DNA of 64,000 nucleotides from Nautiliaceae bacterium (GTDB taxonomy: Bacteria; Campylobacterota; Campylobacteria; Campylobacterales; Nautiliaceae), in the NCBI GenBank assembly GCA_039831155.1, contig JBDONT010000043.1, forward strand, positions 160,001 to 224,000, written 5' to 3'. The translations under genes were made by a program, and so were the position numbers. This document shows, one piece after another, positions 57,661-64,000 of the stretch. Position 1 is the stretch's first letter. Each line of letters starts with the position of its first letter. The notes under the pieces were generated by a model. That model was not told the DNA's origin, made no database searches, and saw only the letters and a program-made list of their open reading frames with translations.

Positions 57661-58857
57661 TTAACTAAAATCAAGCAAGTTTTTAGCTTGCATCATATCC
57701 TTATCTCCACGTCCGGAAAGGTTTACTATTACAAGTTTGTTTTCGATACCTTTTAATTTTCTAAGATACGCTACTGCATGTGAACTTTCAAACGCAGGAA
57801 TTATTCCCTCTTTTTGACTTAGCCATACAAATGCTTCAAGTGCTTCTTTGTCGGTTATATAATCATACTTGACGTTTCCTTTTTCAAAATGAAAAGCGTG
57901 TTCCGGTCCAATACCCGGATAATCAAGCCCGGCACTGATACTATGAGCTTCAAGAATTTGACCGTCTTCATCTTGAAGCAAATAACTCATTTGTCCGTGA
58001 AGCACCCCGGGGCTTCCGGCATTAAGACTAGCTCCGTGTTTTCCACTCTCAATCCCAAGTCCCCCAGCTTCAATTCCTATACACTCTACACTCTCTTCTT
58101 CTAAAAAGTGAGAAAAAATCCCCATTGCGTTACTTCCACCACCGATACATGCTATCACGTAATCCGGGAGACGATTTTCTTTTTTAAGTATTTGAGCTTT
58201 CGCTTCATATCCTATTATCGCTTGAAAATCTCTTACCATCATAGGATAAGGATGAGGTCCGGCAACCGTTCCTATCACATAAAAAGTATCCCTTGCATTA
58301 GTTACCCAATATCTTATCGCTTCATTCATAGCATCTTTAAGCGTTCTACTCCCACTTTTTACCGGATGAACTTTTGCTCCTAAAAGCTTCATTCTAAATA
58401 CGTTAAGCTCTTGTCTTTTTACGTCTTTTTCACCCATAAATATCTCACACTCAAGCCCAAGAAGTGCCGCGGCCGTTGCCGTCGCAACCCCGTGTTGACC
58501 GGCTCCCGTTTCTGCGATTACTCTTTTTTTACCCATCTTTTTGGCAAGTAAAACTTGACCTATTGTATTATTTACTTTATGAGCACCCGTGTGATTTAAA
58601 TCTTCTCTTTTTAAGTAAATTTTTGCATTAAGTTCTTTGCTTAAATTAGGAGCAAAATAAAGCCCCGTCGGGCGACCTATGTACTCTTTATAATAATAAT
58701 CCATCTCACGCCAAAATTCCTCGCTAAAACGAACGTTTTTATAAAATTCTTCCAATTCAAGTAAAACCGGCATAAGAGTTTCGGGTACGTATCTTCCCCC
58801 GAATTTATCAAAATGTCCTCTCTCATCCGGGTCAAAAATCGGTTTTGGTATATACAT
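57661..58857 (-). CDS. trpB: Tryptophan synthase beta chain
   Basis: [30 protein letters not shown] and SGRGDKD motifs. Confidence 0.97.
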   Translation of the reverse strand: MYIPKPIFDPDERGHFDKFGGRYVPETLMPVLLELEEFYKNVRFSEEFWREMDYYYKEYIGRPTGLYFAPNLSKELNAKIYLKREDLNHTGAHKVNNTIGQVLLAKKMGKKRVIAETGAGQHGVATATAAALLGLECEIFMGEKDVKRQELNVFRMKLLGAKVHPVKSGSRTLKDAMNEAIRYWVTNARDTFYVIGTVAGPHPYPMMVRDFQAIIGYEAKAQILKKENRLPDYVIACIGGGSNAMGIFSHFLEEESVECIGIEAGGLGIESGKHGASLNAGSPGVLHGQMSYLLQDEDGQILEAHSISAGLDYPGIGPEHAFHFEKGNVKYDYITDKEALEAFVWLSQKEGIIPAFESSHAVAYLRKLKGIENKLVIVNLSGRGDKDMMQAKNLLDFS

Positions 58858-58866
58858 CATATTCCT

Positions 58867-59397
58867 TTAATATTCAACTAAACTATCAACTTTTACGCCT
58901 AGTTTTTCAAGTTTTTCTTTTCCGTCAAGAAACTCAAGCTCAATCAAAAACAAAGCGGCTTTAACATCTGCTCCCAATTTTTGAATAAGCTTAACGGCAG
59001 CTTCAGCCGTCCCACCGGTTGCTATCAAATCATCTACAAGCAAAACTTTTGGATTTTTTTTGTTATTAAAAGCGTCTATATGAATTTCGATTTCATCAAA
59101 GCCGTACTCAAGTGCATATCTTTCGGCAACGGTAGTATAAGGAAGTTTACCTTTTTTTCTTATAGGCACAAACCCTTTTTTTATCTTAGATGCTATAGCC
59201 GAAGCAAATATAAAACCGCGAGATTCTATTCCACACACAAAATCTACATCTTTATATTTTTCGCTCCAAAAATCAATTACCTCACTAAAAAGTTCTCCGT
59301 TATTTAAAAAAGTGGTAATATCCTTAAAAACAATACCTTTTTGAGGAAAGTCCGGAATATCGCGAATAGCAAATTTTACTCTTGTAGCTAGGTCCAT
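58867..59397 (-). CDS. apt: Adenine phosphoribosyltransferase
   Basis: FKDIT, ESRGF, RKKGKLP and [10 protein letters not shown] motifs. Confidence 0.96.
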   Translation of the reverse strand: MDLATRVKFAIRDIPDFPQKGIVFKDITTFLNNGELFSEVIDFWSEKYKDVDFVCGIESRGFIFASAIASKIKKGFVPIRKKGKLPYTTVAERYALEYGFDEIEIHIDAFNNKKNPKVLLVDDLIATGGTAEAAVKLIQKLGADVKAALFLIELEFLDGKEKLEKLGVKVDSLVEY

Positions 59398-59424
59398 TTT
59401 ATCTCCTTAAAAATAAAAAGGAGA

Positions 59425-59988
59425 TTATTTAACTTTTTCTAAATAATCTCCAGTTCTTGTATCCACTTTGATTTTATCCCCTTCAAGTATATGACACGGC
59501 ACGGTTACAACGGCACCGGTTTCAAGCTTAGCCGGTTTTCTACAAGCCCCACTTCTATCTCTGTTACTTACCGGTTGAGTTTCAACAACCTCAAGTTCTA
59601 CTGTTAAAGGAAGTTCAACTCCTATTACTTTTCCGTTATGGAAAAGTACGTCAACATTCATACCTTCAAGTAAAAATCCTTTTGATTCTTCAAAAATCTT
59701 AACGTCAATAGGAATCATCTCAAACGTTTCGTTATCCATAAAATAGTAAATATCCCCCTCATTATAAGAGTATTGATATTTACGTCTTTCAAGATTCGGC
59801 TCATCTGCTTTATCACCGGCATGGAATGTTTTTTCAATTACTCTTCCGTCGATTAAGTTTTTAAGTTTTGTTCTAACAAACGCCGCACCTTTTCCCGGTT
59901 TTACGTGATGATATTCAACAATTTTATATGGAATTCCGTCAAGTTCAATATTTAGATATTTTTTTAAATCACTCATACTATATGCCAT
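59425..59988 (-). CDS. efp: Elongation factor P
   Basis: VKPGKGAAF, FMDNETFE, KPAKLETGA and KVDTRTG motifs. Confidence 0.95.
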   Translation of the reverse strand: MAYSMSDLKKYLNIELDGIPYKIVEYHHVKPGKGAAFVRTKLKNLIDGRVIEKTFHAGDKADEPNLERRKYQYSYNEGDIYYFMDNETFEMIPIDVKIFEESKGFLLEGMNVDVLFHNGKVIGVELPLTVELEVVETQPVSNRDRSGACRKPAKLETGAVVTVPCHILEGDKIKVDTRTGDYLEKVK

Positions 59989-60002
59989 AATTTCTCCTTC
60001 AA

Positions 60003-61571
60003 TTAAATTTCTGCATACCCTACACTTAGGGCTGCTTTTAGGTGTCTTAATTCGTTTAGTACGTTTTCGTTTACATCGTTATCTACAATAATAACAGCCA
60101 TTGCCTGATTTTCTTTATTTCTACCAAGTCTAAAGTCTGCTATATTGATATTATGTTTTGCAAGAGTCATACCAACTTCTCCGATAACTCCCGGTACATC
60201 AGTGTTTTTAAAGAAAATCATTTTCCCTTTAGGTTCGAATTCCAAATCAAACCCTTTAAACTCAACGATTCTAGGATGATTTTCAAGCATTGTCCCACTT
60301 ATTGAATACTCTCCCTCATCCGTAATCACTTTAATATTTACAAGGTTTTTATAAGTTTCGTTTTTAATCTCTTTCGTTTCGGTAACGATACCTTTTTCGG
60401 TAGCTAAAAACTCTGCATTTACGTAATTTACGTTATCTGTGATATTTTTAAGAAGCCCTACCAAACTAAACGTAAGAACAGATTTGTTTTCTTTGCTGAT
60501 ATCTCCACTAAGAGCTACTTTTACTTTTTTAATAGGTTTATTGATAATCTGACTCAAAATATATCCCATTTTTTGAGAAAGTTCTAAATATTTAATTACC
60601 CATTCAGGGGTATTTGCAGTGTTTATCGGAAGATTTAAAGCATTCGGATAACTACTTCCTCTTAGTGCTTCAATAATAGCTTCAGCAGCTTGAATAGCTA
60701 TTCTCTCTTGAGATTCGCGAGTATTAGCTCCTATATGAGGTGTAACGGAAGTGTTTTCAAGCTCAAAGAAAGGATGTTCCGTTAAAGGTTCTTTATTAAA
60801 TACATCTATACCAAGCCACGCTATTTTTCCGGATTTAAGCCCTTCTGCTACGTCTTCTTCGTTATAAAGCCCACCTCTTGCACAGTTAATTAAAACAACA
60901 CCGTCTTTCATTTTTTCAATCTCTTTTTTTGTAATCATATTGATAGTTTCTGGTGTTTTAGGAGTGTGGATTGTAATAAAATCACATTTTAAAATCTCTT
61001 CAAAATCCGTCGTATATTTACACCCAAGGTCAGTGGCTTTGCTAGGGTCAATGTACGGGTCGTATGCAATTACGTCCATTTCAAGTGCTTTAGCTCTAAT
61101 CCCTACACGGCTACCGATATTACCAAACCCTATAATCCCCAGTTTTTTACCGGCAAGTTCGATTCCAAGCCATTTTTCCCTATTCCATTCGTGTTCTTTT
61201 TTAAGATTCCATACGGCATTAGTAAAACTTCTCGCAGCCGTAAGTAAATGAGCCATAGTAAGTTCCACTGCCGCTAAAGTATTGGCAGTAGGTACGTTCA
61301 TTACAATTACCCCTCTTTTACTTGCAGCTTCCATATCTACATTATCAACACCGACTCCGGCTCTTACCACGGCTTTTAGTCTTTTAGCGTGAGATAGGAA
61401 TTTTTCATCTACAGGAGTAGGACTTCTTGTAATTACCCCGTCTGCATCTTCGATAACTTTTAATAACTCGTCTTTTGGAGTTCTGCTTGCGTCTACAAGT
61501 TCTATATCTTTAGCTTTTTTTAAAATTTCAAATCCAGCTTCGTGAATCGGGTCACATACTACTATTTTCAT
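60003..61571 (-). CDS. serA: D-3-phosphoglycerate dehydrogenase (ASB and ACT domains)
   Basis: RAGVGVDN, GFGNIG, NCARGG, TPHIGA and ACT DVPGVIG. Confidence 0.96.
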   Translation of the reverse strand: MKIVVCDPIHEAGFEILKKAKDIELVDASRTPKDELLKVIEDADGVITRSPTPVDEKFLSHAKRLKAVVRAGVGVDNVDMEAASKRGVIVMNVPTANTLAAVELTMAHLLTAARSFTNAVWNLKKEHEWNREKWLGIELAGKKLGIIGFGNIGSRVGIRAKALEMDVIAYDPYIDPSKATDLGCKYTTDFEEILKCDFITIHTPKTPETINMITKKEIEKMKDGVVLINCARGGLYNEEDVAEGLKSGKIAWLGIDVFNKEPLTEHPFFELENTSVTPHIGANTRESQERIAIQAAEAIIEALRGSSYPNALNLPINTANTPEWVIKYLELSQKMGYILSQIINKPIKKVKVALSGDISKENKSVLTFSLVGLLKNITDNVNYVNAEFLATEKGIVTETKEIKNETYKNLVNIKVITDEGEYSISGTMLENHPRIVEFKGFDLEFEPKGKMIFFKNTDVPGVIGEVGMTLAKHNINIADFRLGRNKENQAMAVIIVDNDVNENVLNELRHLKAALSVGYAEI

Positions 61572-62006
61572 TTAAATCCTTTTTACTATTTTTTCTATTT
61601 TTACGTTAAAACGATAACTTTTAAAAAGTTTAATAATCCTATCAGCTTGTGAAAGTGATTTAAACAATATAAAAACTTCTGCCTCTTTATTCTCAATTAA
61701 AGAATACGGAATATTCTCATTTTCCAAAATCGATTTAATGTTAAACAAAGCAAATTTATCGTTTGCTTTTATTACTATTTTATAAAGGATAACGTTTTTA
61801 TACTCTCTAAAATCAATTTTAATAAATAATTCTCTTGCCGGAAAATTAAAAGTTTTAAAAGAGAGCTTAAACCCTTCTTTTTTTGTTTCCGATGAAAAAT
61901 TCATCTCTTTTTTTACAACCGGAAAATCCGGTTGCGAAATTTTATCATAAGTAATAACCATTGCTGCAATAATAATTAAAATAAAAAACGAAATTAATAT
62001 TTTCAT
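61572..62006 (-). CDS. Conserved hypothetical exported/membrane-anchored protein
   Basis: N-terminal TM helix and FPARE motif; lies between rpsA and serA as in Campylobacter. Confidence 0.7.
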   Translation of the reverse strand: MKILISFFILIIIAAMVITYDKISQPDFPVVKKEMNFSSETKKEGFKLSFKTFNFPARELFIKIDFREYKNVILYKIVIKANDKFALFNIKSILENENIPYSLIENKEAEVFILFKSLSQADRIIKLFKSYRFNVKIEKIVKRI

Positions 62007-63163
62007 TCAGCAAGTTTTACTCTCTCTCCGTTAATTTCTATAATCTTACCTTTAAAAACATCCCCTATATTGTATTCGTTTTCAAAATCTTCTTTTCTAA
62101 CAAGTGCTTCAATATCCCCAAGGTCTATAAACATCCCGAAATCCGTTACATACTTCACTTTACCTTCCACTTCGTCCCCTACGTTATGAGTTTGAGCAAA
62201 ACTGTCGTAAGGATTCGGCATAGCGTCTTTCCTTGAAACTATAACTTTATTTTCTTCAGGAGAAATAGTAATAATCTTAAATTGCAGTCTATCTCCTATA
62301 TTAAATACGTCGCTGGCTTTTTCTCCTTTTTTATAAGAAGCGAATTTATTAGGTAAAAGTGTACTAATTCCGTCAATTTCCACAAACGCCCCTACATTTA
62401 TAAATTTCGTAATAACACCTTCAACCACATCCCCGACTTCGTGAGTTTGAGCAAAAATTACAGCAGGTTTAGTTAAAAGATTCTTTCTGCTAACTCTAAG
62501 TTTTTCTTCTTCCGGATTAATCTCAACAATCTCCACCTCAATTTCATCTCCAAGCGTCAAGTCGTTAATCCCGTCCCAGTTAATTTCACTAATATGTAAA
62601 AATCCTTCAACTCCGTTTCCTAAATCCACAAACGCTCCGTAATCGGTAATATGGGATACGCTTACCTTTACAACATCACCGATATTAAGTTCTTTTACTT
62701 CATCCCAAGGATTAGGAAGCGTCTTTTTAATAGAAAAAATTCTTCTAACAGGGTCTATTAATTTTACTTGAACTTCATCACCTTCGCTTATATATTGACG
62801 ATGGTCTATCTTTTTATAAAAAATTTCATCTTTAGGAACAAATCCACTGATACCGTCAACATCAATAACCAAACCTTTAGGTTTCACCTTTGTTACCACA
62901 GCCGTTAAAACTTCATCGGCTTTACTTTCCAATTTCTCTTTTACTTCGTTTAAATAAGCTTTTCTGTCAACCACCACAGAGTTTTGTTTAAACTCTTTTA
63001 CTTTTGCTTTAACAACTTTACCTATTACGCTTTCATCTTCTTTCAATCCACTTAAACTTTTAGGCAAGAAAATCTCTTGCCCGTCAACATAACCGACAAA
63101 ACCACCTTTGATTAATTTGTCGATTTTAAACTCAACCACATCACCTATTTTTAATTCACTCAT
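62003..63163 (-). CDS. rpsA: Ribosomal protein S1, short 5-domain form
   Basis: Five S1 repeats (KGGF..IFLPKS; GFVP; DYGAFV..GVEGFLHISE; VGAFV; DFGMFI); ispH-rpsA-hyp-serA-efp synteny. Confidence 0.85.
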   Translation of the reverse strand: MSELKIGDVVEFKIDKLIKGGFVGYVDGQEIFLPKSLSGLKEDESVIGKVVKAKVKEFKQNSVVVDRKAYLNEVKEKLESKADEVLTAVVTKVKPKGLVIDVDGISGFVPKDEIFYKKIDHRQYISEGDEVQVKLIDPVRRIFSIKKTLPNPWDEVKELNIGDVVKVSVSHITDYGAFVDLGNGVEGFLHISEINWDGINDLTLGDEIEVEIVEINPEEEKLRVSRKNLLTKPAVIFAQTHEVGDVVEGVITKFINVGAFVEIDGISTLLPNKFASYKKGEKASDVFNIGDRLQFKIITISPEENKVIVSRKDAMPNPYDSFAQTHNVGDEVEGKVKYVTDFGMFIDLGDIEALVRKEDFENEYNIGDVFKGKIIEINGERVKLAE

Positions 63164-63993
63164 GCTAATTCCTTTATCTTTGAGATTATTTTTTTAACCA
63201 ACCATTCAGGCGTGGATGCACCGGCACTTATACCACAGTGCTTTTTACCTTCGAACCACTCTTTTTTCAACTCTTCTTCACTCTCTACCAAATAAGCCTC
63301 GCTATATTCGCTTGCTATATTATACAACTGTTTTGTATTTGATGAGTTTTTACCACCTATTATTATCATAATATCGGCTCTTTTAGCCAATTCCCTTACT
63401 GCGTCTTGATTTTCAAAAGTAGCGTTACATATAGTATTAAATACTCTCACTTCTTTATGGTTTCTGATAAGATAATCGGTTATTTTTAAATAATCGTTTA
63501 TTTTTCTAGTGGTTTGAGCTACGGTCGCTATTTTTTCTTTTAATTTTATATTTTTAAGCTCTTCTTCACTTAAAACAACATAAACCCTATTATGAACGGA
63601 ATAACTCATAACCCCTTTTATTTCCGGATGGTTTTTATCACCGAAAATAACAATATCATACCCCAAAGAACTCATCTCCTCTACAATCTCTTGAGGTTTT
63701 TTTACAAAAGGACAGGTAGCATCTATTATTTCTATACTTTTGGATTTAAGCTTTTCTAGCTTATCTTTTGGAATACCGTGAGTTCTTACTATCACTCTTT
63801 TTACGTTTTCGTCTATATCTTCCAGAGAATCCACATATTTAACATTATAATTTTCAGCCAAACGGTTAATCTCAAGAGGATTATGAATAAGAGGACCGAG
63901 AGTTACGGCGTTTTTGGAGTTTTCTGCAATTTCAACGGCTCTTTTTACCCCAAAACAAAATCCGTAACTCTTAGCTTTTTCAATTATCATCAC
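63160..63993 (-). CDS. ispH: 4-hydroxy-3-methylbut-2-enyl diphosphate reductase
   Basis: GFCFGVKRA, IHN, DATCPFV, TICNAT, SSNT and AGASTP motifs. Confidence 0.96.
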   Translation of the reverse strand: MMIIEKAKSYGFCFGVKRAVEIAENSKNAVTLGPLIHNPLEINRLAENYNVKYVDSLEDIDENVKRVIVRTHGIPKDKLEKLKSKSIEIIDATCPFVKKPQEIVEEMSSLGYDIVIFGDKNHPEIKGVMSYSVHNRVYVVLSEEELKNIKLKEKIATVAQTTRKINDYLKITDYLIRNHKEVRVFNTICNATFENQDAVRELAKRADIMIIIGGKNSSNTKQLYNIASEYSEAYLVESEEELKKEWFEGKKHCGISAGASTPEWLVKKIISKIKELA

Positions 63994-64000
63994 TTATCCT

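Noticed and set aside
667-61251. Numerous 60-126 aa antisense or out-of-frame ORFs in the track (e.g. 667-951, 11150-11458, 26278-26658, 40243-40584, 53807-54154)
   Set aside because: They are shadows of well-supported genes with F/S/I-biased composition and no SD or motif.
1-64000. tRNA, rRNA, CRISPR array, integrase or transposase
   Set aside because: No cloverleaf, rRNA-like tract, regularly spaced repeats or recombinase motif was seen, and nearly all intergenic gaps are short and accounted for.

Overview
This is 64 kb of AT-rich (roughly 30% GC by eye) chromosome from a Campylobacterota bacterium. Gene order and proteins suggest a Nautiliaceae-like lineage (inference). Most of it is housekeeping: pgsA, rseP, pyrD, cysS, murJ, ruvA, ddl, murF, recR, recN, nadK, aspS, adk, proS, argG, ychF, pepA, trpB, apt, efp, serA, rpsA, ispH. 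Accessory parts are a c-di-GMP/two-component islet, a six-gene Ehr (hydrogenase-related, no NiFe cysteines) complex with a nested palindrome inside it, a decaying SiaC/HD-GYP/SiaB/YchJ islet, a HinP1I/HhaI-like type II R-M pair, a Uma2 nuclease, a Mo-enzyme plus 2OG oxygenase pair and an MNT pseudogene. The most striking feature is at 41971-45795. A CjeI/Cj1051c-like fused R-M-S gene appears to be circularly permuted: its 3' half lies upstream of its 5' half, joined stop-to-start by 9 nt. It is flanked by a perfect 15-bp direct repeat copied from the S4-gene/proS junction. Removing the repeat rejoins the halves in frame without a stop, and the repeat supplies the stop codon, Shine-Dalgarno and start needed by all four genes. 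No rRNA, tRNA, CRISPR array, integrase or transposase was recognised.
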